Assembly: GCF_001194135.2 (NCBI RefSeq)
Contig: NC_068986.1
Coordinates: 91,653,718-91,717,717 of the forward strand
Length of the DNA: 64,000 nt
Direction of reading: 5' to 3'
From: Octopus bimaculoides
Lineage: Eukaryota
The position numbers were made by a program, and so were the translations under genes. The notes beneath the pieces are model-generated. The model was not told the DNA's origin, made no database searches, and worked only from the letters and a program-made list of their open reading frames with translations. Below are positions 11,801 to 25,900 of the stretch, in pieces; the first letter of the stretch is position 1, and each line of letters starts with the position of its first letter.

Positions 11801-13394
11801 TCTAATCAAAAGAAATCTATTTTCTGCAAGGGTGATTTTCAAGCCTGAACTGATCAGGTAGGCCGGTAATCAAATACATTCCAACAGTGATCACCCTTTC
11901 TTTTTTTCAGACAGTGTACCCAAAATCATACTACTAAATATGCCCCTCACTATTTTAAAATCATGTTAACAGAGAAATTTGGCTACTATTTTAACAGGTG
12001 AAGTGATCACAGAGGATTCCTTCATGGGATTATTTTCAAATGTGCTTAACAGAAGTATGAGGATTTGAATTTATAATGTTGATAAAATTCTGAATTTTTA
12101 AGCTGAAGGGCCCTGAATTTAAACCCCATTACACATGTACTCTGGGAAAACAAACCCTGCATAACCAGGTTACCTGGACACACAAGATAAAAAAAAAAAA
12201 GAGAGAAAAGGAAGTGAGAAGGAGAAAAAGAGAATACGATAACTGGATGATGGAATACTAAGTTGGAATTTGATGTTTAATTTGGGAGCTTAAAGTGGCA
12301 GGAAGATTTATCTTAGACGGAAGGGAAATGAACAGATGTGTGCTTCACAATTCAATGTCAGGTTAGAGGAGGGGGAAAATGACTCCTGTAAATAATGCTC
12401 GTGTAAACTGTATGAGAACAAGTTAGGAATTATAAGAAACACCCACCAAAATCAATAATAGAATTGAAAAAGAAAACAAAGACCACTAATACAAAATGCT
12501 TAGCTAAATATCAATTTTTCTATATGATTTGAGCAGGCTTTACGAAACATAGTAAAGCTATTTTCTTTTAAATGAAAAAGTTAAATTAAAATGAAGTCCC
12601 TTCTATTTCAGCTAGAGAGAAATGGGCTCTGCCAGGTGACTAGTTCTAAATGCATCACATAAGGACCATAGTCAGGAGAGTTGTCCTCTCACATCTAACA
12701 TTCAACTGGGTATAGGCATGGCTGTGTGGTTAAAAAATTTGCTTAGCAAACACATGATTTTGAGTTCCATTACAATGTACAGCACTTAACAGATGTCTTC
12801 TTATATAGTCTCACACTGGCCCAAGCCTTCTATGTGAAATTGCATAGACAGAAATAAAATAGAAGCTTACTGGATGAACTGCACTTGCTTTACAGTGCTA
12901 GACTTTCACCATCTGACACTTGGCTGCTTTTAGTAGAATTAACTGTTTTAAGTGTTTGGACTAAATGTCTAGTCTGAGGTCAGCTTGGCAACTTAATGTG
13001 TTGCTTTCTATTACAAGAACTAATAAGTTGATATTTCTTTCTTCTTTGAGACCTACAATCTTGGAGGCCCAGGAAAAAAAAGATTCCGGAGCATGAAAAT
13101 GTTTAAAAAGACATGTCCTATGAGAGCCATACCACCTCCATCCAGAAGCTATATGCCACACTTCTTTAATTATCTACACCACCTCTGCTAGGTCTGGGAC
13201 TAAAATATACTCTCTGTTCACTCCAGAACTTGTCTTCTGAGATCCTTCATTGCAAACATCTTGTCACTCCAGCATTTTTAGAGGAACTAAATACCTTCAC
13301 AACATTTCAAACTCCTTACATGTTCCACTTCATACAGGGCTTGATAGGTTACAAGCTAACTTTCTTTCCAATAAAAATATTCCTTTCCATAATA

Positions 13395-13600
13395 GGCACA
13401 TAGCCTAACATTGTTGGGAAGGGAGACAGTCATTTACATCAACCCAAGCGCTCAACTGGTACTTATTTTATCTATCCCGAAATCATAAAAGGCAAAGTCA
13501 ACCTCAGCAAAATTTGAACTCGGAATGTGAAGTCAGAAGAAATGCCGCTGAGCATTTTGTTCAACATGGTAATGATCTTGTCAGTTTGCTGCCTGACAAT
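13395..13600 (-). mobile_element. SINE family D copy
   Basis: ctggtacttattttatctatcccgaaatcataaaaggcaaagtcaacctcagc...gaactc. Further decayed copies near 1770-1950, 6000-6200, 36440-36620, 44310-44420, 59580-59780 and 61780-61930. Confidence 0.65.
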
Positions 13601-14346
13601 ATTAGCCTCTTTTTTTTTTTTCTCTCTATCTACCCATCATCATTCTTGGTGTATTTTGTCACATTTCATGAAGAGATGAAACTTTAACATATTTTCATGA
13701 GGACTTCTCATGATACTTGATTCTCCTGGTGAAGACGTACATCATCAATCACACACACATGCCTTGTTTACCTAGATTCACTGAACCAAGAAAGCCTCTA
13801 CATGGTCATTTGAACGACTGGAAATGGCAGCCGAATCTCCCTCAAATAGGGTGGGTTAGGGTTATACCAGATATGATCCTGGATTCCTGAATATAGGCAA
13901 AAGGCAGGATGGTCACAGCTGGAATGCCTTTAATCATAGGTCTGCTTGATCATGGCTGACCTGAGGCCAAACAAAAATATTAAATATAACATTACTCAAA
14001 TCACAGTAGTTTGTAACTAAACTATGAATGTGTAGGAGATAAGCTTTTAAGTATGGGTTAGTCAACTTAGCACATACACACGCCTTTATCATCAAATATT
14101 TTTTCTTTAAAAGCTGCTTTATGCCACTGAAAACTTTCTCATCCATTTTCTATATTTTTTTCCTTCGTGATCTGAAGAAAGGAAGAATTAAAAGCCTCTT
14201 ACTGGCAAGAAGGCAGAATGTTTAATCAATTGACATAATATTATTGGAACTTACATTTTTCTTTTTTTTCTTATTATAACAAAAACAAAATTCTTTTATT
14301 GATTATCCCAAGACAAACATAATACTAAATATGTATGCATGTTTGC

Positions 14347-14349
<3 letters not shown>

Positions 14350-14396
<47 letters not shown>

Positions 14397-14443
14397 NNNN
14401 NNNNNNNNNNNNNNNNNNNNNNNNNNNNNNNNNNNNNNNNNNN

Positions 14444-14477
<34 letters not shown>
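14350..14477. repeat. (TG)n / gap / (TA)n microsatellite
   Basis: Direct reading. N-gap 14397-14443. Confidence 0.9.
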
Positions 14478-14479
<2 letters not shown>

Positions 14480-14739
14480 AAAACAAACTATCAATTCCTG
14501 AGAATTACATGGAAGATTTTTTTCTTTTAAAAACAATGTTCTACTTTGAAAATAGTAAATACTACATAAAACTAAGAGTACATCTTAAAACAAAGTTGCA
14601 GCTAATTTTATTCGCTATAAATGCAAATGATTATCTTAAATGTGCAAGTCAAAGACTGAAAATCAACATGTTTTAAAATTATAAAATATACCACAGTGAG
14701 AAAGATGGTGATTTCAAGGAAAAGCTGCAGTTAGAGAAA

Positions 14740-15570
14740 TGAAGCATGCCAGGGAAGGTTTGAGAAGAAAATCTAGCAAGGGATCCAGTTGTGCATGCAT
14801 CTCCTTTGTGTGGTACAGAGGTCCTGAGATCAGCTATCACCACTTAATTCCATCTAGCTCAAGTGATCTTTATATAAAGCACTTCTTTATACAGCCATCC
14901 TCATCAATATGCATCACATGTCCATACCAGCAGTCTTCTTTCTTGCACACTAGATCTGATTCCTCTCATGCCCAGTTTTTCTCTCAGATCATTTATACCA
15001 ATGTCATTCAATGTGCACTTACATTGCACATCCAACAGAACATGCTCACATCATTTCTTTCCAAACTTTTCAAGTCCTCTGCATTCATGACCATACAGCA
15101 TCACAGTTCTGACATAAGTTTCATACTTTCTGGCCTTCATTCTGTGGAAAACCTTTATTGCCAGCAGCAGTAGTAGTAGCTCCCGGAACTTTCTTCAACC
15201 GATATTTACTCAGCCTGCTATATTTTCAGAGTAACCAATTTCTCTCTTAATGACTTTTAGGTCTAAGTAACAAAGCTATCAACTATTACTAGTGAGCTGC
15301 CTGGACATTTAGGAGAATCTATTTTTGGTGTGCTCATAGTATGAGCTGCTCCAGTGCATCTGTCACATATGAAGTTTATGTTTTCTGTTAGTCTACCTGT
15401 GAGTCTATGAAACCTATTTGACTAGCTTTCAATGGGCACAGTTTATGAAGTTTATACATACTCCTTTTCTGCATATCAAAGAAGCCTTTCCCTAAAGACA
15501 CCAAAATTGTGTCTTCTTTCTTATTTACAAAAACCTTCATCTTTTTTAAGTTTGCCTCAACACCTCTCAA
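14740..15570 (-). mobile_element. Degraded RTE-clade LINE, 3' part of the ORF
   Basis: The - strand gives fragments like FICDRC, IVDSF.YL, ERND.SM..WMCNV, LREKLGMRGIR.SVQERR, YGHVMHIDED.CIKKC. Confidence 0.7.
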
Positions 15571-16871
15571 TTCTAGGTTTGGCTTTCCAACTGTAGAATT
15601 TCCTCTTTAATTTCCTTATTGATTCAGCTAGGAGAACTAGATCATTAGCACATAAGTGTTCCTATGGGCAGCTAGTCTTAAACCTTTGTGATGGCCTATA
15701 GGATTATGATGAACAGGAGAGGATTGAGCTTTGATGGATTCATACCCTGAATCTAAATTGATCACTAAAAATCATTACTGACTCACTTTACAAACTGCAT
15801 CTTTACACATGGCTTGTACAACTCCATTTGTCTACACCTAGTTACTGAACATGTACCCTGTCAAATGTCTTCTTCAAACCAACAAATGCAAAGAATAGTG
15901 GTTTACTCTTTGCCAAATACTTTCTCCTGCAGTTATTTCACTGAGAAGATTGCATCTGTGCTATCTCTTCTGGGCACAAAGCCAAACTATCTCATCTAAG
16001 TCTGCTCTGTCTTGGATCAATTGTACTGTAACTCTTTCCATGACCTTCATAATGTAATCCAGTAATGTGATAGCTCTTTAATTTCCTCGCTATAAGGCAT
16101 CTTTGCCTCTGTAGCTGTTTACAATTATACTGCAATGCCTACCGTTGTTGGTTCATTCTTGTTTAATGTCTGCACCTGTATAAATAAGTAGGTTGTACCA
16201 CGGTTTGCCAGCAGTTGGTTGATTTACACAAATAATTACGTATATCCTCTCATTTAATTTACCATCATTCATTCATTCATTCATTCATTCTTCAAAACTA
16301 CTTGCATCTGCCACAAAAGTTGTAGTTTACAACTATTATCCATAAATAATAATTATTCCTAATGTCATTAACATTATCAATGTTATACCTATAATACTGT
16401 TGTTGGTAGGATGCTAATACAGGGAGGAAGCGGGGATGTGACCTAGGGGTGGGGTACAGTCACAGAGGGTGAGAAGTTTTTTTACTTATCAGGGGAGATA
16501 AGAAAGATTTCCAGGATAGGTGGTGGGCACAAGACTGCATGGGCTTACTGCAAGTAAGCAAACCTTTAACTTCATAAAAAAGAATATTGATATTAAAGAA
16601 ATAGCAAGCAAGCCTCTAGTTTTCATGAGATAGAAGAAAAATTATTCAAGAGAATGGGACCCAAAATTAAAAGATAGGAAAACAGAGATATGGTACTTAT
16701 CTTGGCACCGGTCTCTTAAAAGTAAATCATTTGATATCCATCCTTCATCTTTATACTGTACTCTGCACCTATATTTTATATTAACCAGCCCCATCTTCAG
16801 CCACCAAATTATCTTCATTACATTATGTTGCTCACTCTCCTCACACATTATGCCTGCCTCTCACTGCCTCA

Positions 16872-16874
<3 letters not shown>

Positions 16875-16926
<52 letters not shown>
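16875..16926. repeat. (CA)n microsatellite
   Basis: Direct reading. Confidence 0.9.
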
Positions 16927-16930
<4 letters not shown>

Positions 16931-17741
16931 ACCTAAACACGTCATATCTCTCTCTCTCATATTCTTCCTTTAACCACTAAAAGAAAATTAAATAAAACCT
17001 TAGATAATACAGTTCTAAGTACATTGTGACAGAAATGCTTTATTTATTTATTTTTTTGCTAATGGTATGGTATGGTATGATTTGGTTGCTATTTACAAAG
17101 AGGCTACAAATAAAATAAAAAAAAAGAGGGACAGCAATATGGAGGTTATTAATATTCAAAACTCATGAAAGGAACAGAATGCATTGAAGTCAATAATTTG
17201 TTGACCAACAGTCATGACAAAAGAAGTTATGTTCATCATAACGGGTACAGATCAATTTTAAAAATTCAAAATATCCTTTCAAAATGTATTACACCAGTTA
17301 ACCAAGGTGAAACCTTAGGCAATGTGGTGGTAAGGCATAAGGAATCTATTCAAGAATAGTTTTAACTTCAAAATAAGATTGAGAGGAATTTTCAAAACAG
17401 CATGTCCCTTTAGAGTGACATTTATTACTAGATCTACTATATGTGTCAAGCAATTTGTCTTACTCCTGTCAAGGTTAGTGATGTAAAGTCCCTTAGTGGC
17501 TTGGTCATTATTAGCATAACAAGCTGATCAAAATTACTCAATAATAAATCGTTTTTATTGAGAAGTAATCTACTTTTATCTAAGAGATATAATGCTGACT
17601 TTAAAGGTCAATAAAACAGGGACTGGTTGTTCTCTTTTTATCCATACTTCCAAAGGATGCACCTATAATGATTATCATACGGTATTTCAACAAATCAACC
17701 AGTTAATGTAAACTGTCACAGCCTGATGTGTTAGACACCAA

Positions 17742-17941
17742 GGGGTGCTGAAAAGTTTCTGGCTGTGGGTAAAAGAAAATACAAGAGGATGAGTTAATTA
17801 TGATTTTATTCAACATACTCCCCTCCTCAGATTCACACATATTGCAGCAGTCCTTCAGTTTTCCTAAGCCCTGTAAAAGAAGGTTGGGCCTTGAGCCAGG
17901 CTTTTCATGATACTCTTAAAGCCAGGAACTTTTCAGCACCC
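17742..17941. mobile_element. Mariner-type MITE
   Basis: 22-bp TIRs GGGTGCTGAAAAGTTTCTGGCT (17743-17764) and AGCCAGGAACTTTTCAGCACCC (17920-17941) with one mismatch. About 200 bp, non-coding. Confidence 0.65.
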
Positions 17942-20879
17942 TCTCATATTATGCATACTATTTTGCTAGTAAGTTAGATATAAACACAAATTTAATTTCA
18001 CAACATGACTGCTTTAGACAATTATAATTTAGCATTAATGTTTTAGAGTAAAATGGGCAGAAGGATAATCAAATAACTTACTGGATATACATTGTTCAAC
18101 CAGCAAATTCAACCCCAAAGCTGGATATCACAACACTACTAGAAAAACATTATTCAATGAGGGTGTCTCAATTTGCTAGAGACAGCAATCAAATCGCTTT
18201 CAAATCACATCATCTTAAAAGGACACAATGTAGTCATAGATACACAACACCTGAATAAAAAGACAGGATGGTTATAGCTGGAATGACTACACCTCAAACA
18301 CCAGGGTGAATAATGAATCAATAACAAAATTGAAAGTTTGAGGCACCAGCTATTAGAGAGTTAAAGAACTGAGAAATGGTAAACAAGAAAATTGAGATAT
18401 AAGATGAAGCATAAAAAAAAAAAAAATCACCAGATCTATTCAGACCATACCAATTTGTAAAATAATCTAGTGATGATGACAATTTATAAAAAAGAAAAAA
18501 AGAAATAGAATTTTAGAGTAGCATCATTTTGAATCAACATATGATGAAAGAGAGCAAAAAAGAAATTGAGAGACACTAATGTCTAACTATTTCTCTTAAT
18601 TTAAAGAATGAAAAATAGCATTAAAGAAGAAAAGCACAAACTCATTAAGAAAGTAATGAGATCCTATTTAACAGACATTACAATATGAATATAAAAAGAC
18701 AATCTATATGTTGGCACCTTCACACTGCATATCTGAGAGCATTATTAACAAATAGCATCTGTGCTGGAAAGAATTAGTGAAAAAGAGGAGTATGGACATA
18801 GATATTTGTCATCCTTCTGTTTTATTCAAACTAAATGATTCTGGGTTTTTTTTCTGCTTGTGCAGAAATATTGATGTTCTGATGCAGGTCACATGCTGTT
18901 CAATAGCAACACACTCAAGTGGAAGAGGTTTCCTTATATAACCTAGCACTGAATGTTGCACCTCACATAAACTACAACATTGACAGTAGAATCTTATGAT
19001 TTAATGTTTCTAACATCACTTCCATAATGACAGTGGTGGTAATGGTAGTAGTAGTAGTAGAAGGAGGAGGAGGAATAATTTACACAATTATGAACTGAAG
19101 ATCTTTCTTTTGGCTGGAGAAATACATACTACAAAATTACAATCATTAAGAAAGAAAATTAATACTGGCATTTTAATGAAAGTCTAAATCAATAAACACT
19201 GCATGACATTCATTGTGAAGGAGCCATTGTAGAAAACTATACAATATTAGTAATATTATTAGCATTAGTGTGAAGCATAGATAACAAAACATGATCTTAA
19301 CAGATCGATTTCAAATAGGATTTGTTTCTCTCTTGCAGCTACATAACCCTCACAGACAATAAAGGACAAACAGTTCAATAAATACCTAGTATCCTCATCT
19401 AATAGATACAGAAAGGAGCTGAGATGGACATGCGACTTAAATAGTAATTAAGAACTTGTTAAATGGAAACATACTCCTGACAATATCAAATCAGTGATAA
19501 ATGTAAATAACTTGGTCTTACTGGCTCAAATGGTTCACAGAAAAATGGCACATTAATGCAGTTTGGAAACACAAATGCACTGGTGTAGACATGTGATAGA
19601 AATGGACAATGAGTTCTGAATGAATAGTGACAGTAAAAGACCTGGTAAAAAACTGACAAACAAAAAGTGGTGTGATAAGATCCCAAAACGTTGACAAGAT
19701 GACACAGGATTGAGAAGTATGGTAAAAAAAAAAGTGCTATTAAACCAGGCCAACCCATATGCCAAACCCCCACATAAATGATTCCTCAGATAAGTACAAG
19801 GTTGCAAATTTTAGGAGTAGGTCAGTCAATTACTTAGATCCCAAGAACCTGGAAAGACCAAAAGTTGCCCTTCTCTCCATCTACCCAAGGGTTTTAAATT
19901 CAGAATGTAAAGGGCTGCCACTGCATTTCTGCCAATCACCACTTCTGGTATTAATGATTTCTCACATTAAGACGAGGCCATACATTTTGAGACGTAATAC
20001 AATTAAATCATCCTCAGTACTTAAACAATACTTATTTCATTTAATCTTGGATACATTAAAATGAATAAGATAACCTAAGCAAGTTGTCTTTTACCAAAGC
20101 AAACACAATTTAAGCAAGGCTTCCCTCCACTGTTTCAGCATCAATGTTTTGTAACAGATATATGGGATGCAAGTTGACAACAATGTTGATCTCATGCCGA
20201 GGTCAACATTGCCTTCAGAATAAAAAGAGCTAGAACAAATATGACAAAGCAATTTTAATGATGCTTTAACAAAATTGCTAATCTACCACCCTAAATACTA
20301 TTAATAATAATGTTTCTAAGGACTAAAATTTGGGGGGGAAGTAGAGGCAGTCAATTAAAAGACCATAGTACTTGACTGGCACTTTATTTTAACCTCAGCA
20401 GGATGAAAAGTAAAGTTTAACTTTGACAGGATTTTAACTGAATCGTAGTATTAATTTCTCATATTGTGGGTAATGGCTAAGGGTTGACTGAATTTACTCA
20501 AGTACATTATTGTAACTTATTTTGACTCTGAAAATTTGAAAAGCAAAGTCCAGCAGGATTTGAAACTCAAATGTAATGAAATATGCAACATGGAATTCAA
20601 TTAAAGACTACCATTTCGGTCACCCCTAATAAAGGTTAGTAAGCCATAAGGTTTGTGAAAACAGTTAATACAGATGCTAATATTCTGGTGCTACTCATTT
20701 TATCAAATCTTGAAGGACGAAAAATGAAGTTGATCTTAGTGTGATATGAACTCAAAAAAACACAACACTGCAAGGAATTAATGCTTATTTTTCTATAACT
20801 TCTAATTCAAGCACACACATTTTTTTAGAATTTTTAGAAAATGGTTAGACCAACATTAAAGGATTACAATGATGATGAT

Positions 20880-21065
20880 ATATTCCTCTCTGGCTGAGAC
20901 ACTGGTCCATTGTAGGATTACTCATTTTTAAGAGCTAAGTGGACTGGAACAATGTGGAATGAAGTGTCTTGCTCAAGAATACAATGCATCACTCAGTCCA
21001 GGAATCAAAATCATAATCTTATAATTATGAGTCCGACACCCTAACAACTAAGCCATGTGCCTCCT
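20880..21065 (-). mobile_element. SINE fragment, tRNA head in - orientation
   Basis: ccctaacaactaagccatgtgcctc is the reverse complement of a tRNA-like head. Related copy at 46650-46830. Confidence 0.6.
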
Positions 21066-21911
21066 TTTAGAAGATAATGTTGATTAAATCAATCCAGGAC
21101 TTTATAAACCTAGGAGGGATAAAAGATAAAATTGACTTCAGTAAGATTTGAACTTGGGATGTAAAAGATCTAACTAAACACCATATGTTATTCAGTCAAA
21201 GGATTCTACCAATCAGCCCTTAGTATTTAACAATAACCCAAAACCAGACATTTTGAAGTAAATTTAATCCACCCCAGTACTTAACTGGTACTTCAACTAA
21301 ATTTTACATTCACACTATACGGCATTCTAATTTTCATTCATCTTAAATTTCAGGGTTGTCTCCCCTACCTATCTTGACCCGCATTAATAATTTATGCGAT
21401 TTTGCTTCGATAAATCTGCAAGCTTAATGAAAATTTATTGGCTCACTACATTAATTTCCATATGAAAAATAACGATGGCTTGACTTGAGGAAGAATTTTA
21501 AGAACAAAATATCAAATAATTCCAATTGTAATTAAAACTACTTGGTAATGGGATCTAAATGTCACAAAAAATATATCAAGTGCATGCTATGTTAAGCCAC
21601 CATCCACTGAAATACTTGTGAATAAACAAGCAAGAGACAATAAAATAATCCAATTCTTGAAAACTTATTTATGTAACATGTACAGGAAAGGTAGGAGAGA
21701 ATTTATATTTATTCATGAGTAATATGCACTTTATTTTCTAGATGTTTAAACTTAAAAATTTAGGGTGCTCACAAAGCATGAGGATAAATGATGTTTATCT
21801 TTTCTTCCAACAAAAACTGAGTGGCCATATTCTAAAGAGCATGACCTGAAGTTATATTTTTTGGCAAAAATATTTTTGATTAAAAATTAAAAAAAATTTT
21901 TTTTTTTAAAT

Positions 21912-22280
21912 CATCATTTAACGTCTGTTTTCCATGCTAGCATGGGTTGGACGGTTTGACAAGCCAGGAGGCCACACCAAGCTCTAATTTGATCTGGCAG
22001 TGTTTCTACAGCTGGATGCTCTTCCTAATGGCAACCACTCAGAGTGTAGTGGGTGCTTTTTATGTGCCACTGGCACAGGAGCCAGTTAGGTGGCACTGGC
22101 ATAGGCCATGTTCGGATGGTGCTTTTTATGTGCTACCAGTACAGGAGACAGTCGGGGCAGGGAGGCTGGTATTGACTATGTTCGGATGGTACTTTTTACA
22201 TACCACTGGCACGGGGAGCCAGTCAGGCAGCACTGGCAATGACCCACACATGCATAGTGCTTATTGCATGCCACCAGCAA
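21912..22280 (-). mobile_element. RTE 3' UTR copy
   Basis: Same family, about 4 internal tandem units. Explains the spurious ORF 21947-22498. Confidence 0.72.
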
Positions 22281-22699
22281 GGGAGTCGGTCAATATTTTT
22301 ATGAAATTGATAATACTATACATATTCACATGGTGCAGTTTTTTTTACTTGAAGGAGCAAAAAACTGCCTGCAATTTATCTACCAAACTTTGTTCTGGGT
22401 TTGAAATTTGCAGCACACACACACACACACGTACCCTGCTACCAACAAATAATTGTCACAACATAGTCTATACAAATATCAGCAATACAAACAAATAAAT
22501 GTTGATTATGTCATGTGCAGGAACAAACACAACCACTTATAGAGAATTCAATCTTGCTGTAAAAGAGAGACATCTGTTTTGACACACCCTGTTCATATAA
22601 ATGTAAATTTTTGTCCGCATGTGCACAGATTTCATGGTAGAATTGTTAAAAAGATTAAGTGTATTTCTGATAGGAAAAAGATGACTAGAAACTAATCCA

Positions 22700-22860
22700 A
22701 GAGTGCAAAAAAGCAAAACATCAAACTATGCAGTAGGTTTTAAGCAACATGTTATTTAATATGCTGAAGAGCATGGAAATTGTAGAGTGAGAGAGAGTTC
22801 AGTATATCAGAAAAATAAGTGAGGAACTGGTGGAAACTTTAAAGAAAATGCCAAAAGAAA
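22700..22860 (+). pseudogene. pogo-like transposase N-terminal (Brinker-type HTH) fossil
   Basis: KTSNYAVGFKQHVI*YAEEHGNC then, after a frameshift, EREFSISEK*VRNWWK, matching the SY...FKL.V..YAEEHGNR.A.R.F.VSEK.VR.WRK pattern. Confidence 0.55.
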
Positions 22861-23784
22861 AACTGTCTAAACTGTCTTTTTGTAAGAGAAAATCATTACT
22901 TTAATATCTAGTTTTCCACGTTTGTAGGGATGAGATTTGTTGAGGTTCTTCCTATCATCAACTTTCACTTGCTTCAAAGCTAAAGAAAATTTTCCCCCTA
23001 GTCTAGACATGTTTTTCATGGAAGACTAGAAATAAATGTCATTGCTTGTGTGACAGTGAAGCTTGTTTACACTTGGCATGCAATGTCAAGACAAGGAGAC
23101 ACACACACAAACACACTCTCTCTCTCTCTCTCTCTCAAATACACACACACACAAAGATTTATATTCTTGGGCATGTGAATTACACATGAATAGACATGTC
23201 ATTCGCATGACCATTAGAACAAAAGCTAATAGCTAGCTTACAGCTGTTCACAGATACAAGTAAATATAACATTACTCAAAAGTTCCACATTTCAGCTGGT
23301 GATAAATACAAATTCATCAATAGAAATAGGCTAGTATTATGTCGGTGTCAGCAAACGAACAGTAGTGACTGGCTCATGAAACCATTGTGTGGATTATAAA
23401 TACATTTTTAATAAAGTTCATTAAAATCAATTCCTAAATATTTATTTTATTCTAACACAACCTTGTGAACTTAATGAAAATGGAAACATTTGACAATGAA
23501 AGTAGTAACACTCTACATTATGTCACACCCTTCAGTCATGGAGGTTAACGGCAGTAATTCCATGTTTTACCAATTAAGTTAAAAGATTACTTTTAATCAG
23601 AGAAGTTCAAAGGTCACTTTTGAATTCACTTGATTAGTATGAGTGAATTTTTAATATATTTCAGACAGCAATTATAATAAACCAGACTAAACATTTTTTT
23701 GAAAAGTCTGTTCGTATTTTACGGGATATATTTTTTTCAGAATTTTGTAACACAAAATTAGTGGTGCAAATTGCAAGTGTGCAT

Positions 23785-24135
23785 TCATCATCATCATCGT
23801 TTAACATCCGCTTTCCATGCTAGCATGGACGATTTGACTGAGGACTGGCAAGCCAGAATGCTACACCAGGCTCCAATCTGATCTGGCAGAGTTTCTACAG
23901 CTGGATGCCCTTCCTAACGCCAACCACTCCGAGAGTGTAGTGGGTACTTTTACGTGCCACTGGCATGAGGGCCAGTCACGCGGTACTGGCAACAGCCATG
24001 CTCAAAAAGGTGTTTTTTACGTGCCACCTGCATGGGAGCCAGTCCAGTAGCACTGGCAATGACCTAGCTCAAATGATTTTGTAAACATGCCACCAGCACA
24101 AGTGCTGGAAGGCAATGCTGGTAACGATTATGCAT
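23785..24135 (-). mobile_element. RTE 3' UTR copy
   Basis: Same family as 1-237 in reverse orientation, with an (ATC)n tail. Confidence 0.75.
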
Positions 24136-24899
24136 TATACACAAATAAATGTAATGATTTTGTAAAATGATAATGAAAAGTAAAAATCGAAGAATGCTCT
24201 AGTAGTTTATTTTGAAATAATAATATAAAGGTATTAAAATATCGAAAGAAAATAAGAGGATATATTTTTAAATCCAGATCAATTCTGATTGATCAAAGAC
24301 ATTCTCACCAAGACCACCTCATCTTTCATATTTAGTGTACCTAAAACTACATTATCCATTATGTCCTACCTTTAAGAGAGAAGGTATGCTATGAGGAAAA
24401 TTTGGCTATAATTTCTTACATGTGGTATAAGGTTTATTCAAAAGTGTGTATAAAATCAAGTGATTCTGCACATTCAATAGTGTCAAACAACTGACATCAA
24501 AACTGCCATTGGAACTAATATCCCACTTAGCCATTTAGCATTTACATCAGCCATGTCTGACACAAATATTCCATCTGTTTTATGTTCAAAATGGCCAGAT
24601 CCAGCTTCTCATACCTACCCTACAAAGTTGTTCTAAAAATACACAACCACATCATCAAAATCTTGAAGCTACAAGATAATGCATGATTAATTCAAAACAA
24701 TATGAATAAATAAGTATTACATTTGACAGAGTAATCTGAATGCCAAAGGGTTAAATATAACTAATCATATACAAAAACACAAAAGGCAGGTACAATATTG
24801 TAACACTTTTGCACTATACAGTGTTCATAATACACAATATTCACAATAACAGTTCCATATTTTGATCTAGCACAAGTAACATTACACCACTCTGAGACA

Positions 24900-25900
24900 T
24901 AAAAGCTTTATACTCAAGATAGGCCAACTACTTGCTCTTTCACTATAGGTTTGATCCTACTATTCCATGTCACTATTAAGCATACTTCTCTCATGTTTAA
25001 CTGAGAATATGCCATCATATCACTTTGGTAAGTAATATCAATACCAAATAATAACATCTGGATGGTCCAGCTCAGGATCCTGTAAGACATAATCTTTGGA
25101 AGTAAATAGAATTCAAAAGGTCTATGATCAGACCTTGGTAGGAATTTTCTAACAAGTGGAAAATGACAGGTACAGTTTGTGATCCATATAAGCGCTAAAG
25201 TTGCTCTCATAATTGAATCATTAGATTCAGAAGTTAACTTCCTTAATAAAAATAGCAGTGGGTGACTTATCCTGTGTTAAAATTTCTGATATAGAATGCT
25301 CACTAGATTGTTAATGTGAAATCTTAGTTGATCAAATGTCTTCAAATGCTTTTTGCTGAACAAGGAAATTCAACTTTTGTCTTGCATAATTTTGCAAATG
25401 GTTCAATACTTTGGTGTCTACAGATCATAAAAATACCAATCCTAAAAATGATGCCAATTCTTTCTAATCAGAGGGAGGAGACCAGACTAATGTATTCTGA
25501 ACCAACTATCTGCAGAATTATCACTTTGAAATGAAATATCCCTAATATGAGTTTTCTTATTTACAGATAAAAAATACATGTCTCAGTAAGCACTCGTGTC
25601 AGTCTTTCAGTCAATCCAATATAACTTTGGTCTTCAGGTTCAATTGCTTCTCAATAGTTGCACCTAAATACGTCATTCTAAACAACTGCAAGTCAGTAAG
25701 GATCACAAGATTAGCCTCATCAGCATCCTCTCTAACTACAGCATCAATCTGGTAAAATCAGACATTTATCCACTAGACACTGGATAAATTTTTTCCTAAA
25801 CTCATTGCCTCTCTGAGACAACACACAATCAGTCATAACTTGATCTAAATCTCTATCCAACAAATCATTCTAATAACCAAGCCACTCCTCATTAAGATTT
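24900..25900 (-). mobile_element. Highly degraded LINE RT remnant
   Basis: Weak fragments (DADEANLVI, MTYLGATI, RSDHR..LPKIMSY) reminiscent of RT and C-terminal motifs. Heavily decayed. Confidence 0.35.

Noticed and set aside
14739-15173. 144-aa + strand ORF
   Set aside because: Antisense to a degraded RTE ORF.
21947-22498. 183-aa ORF
   Set aside because: Antisense reading of an RTE 3' UTR running into unique AT-rich sequence, with no protein-like features.
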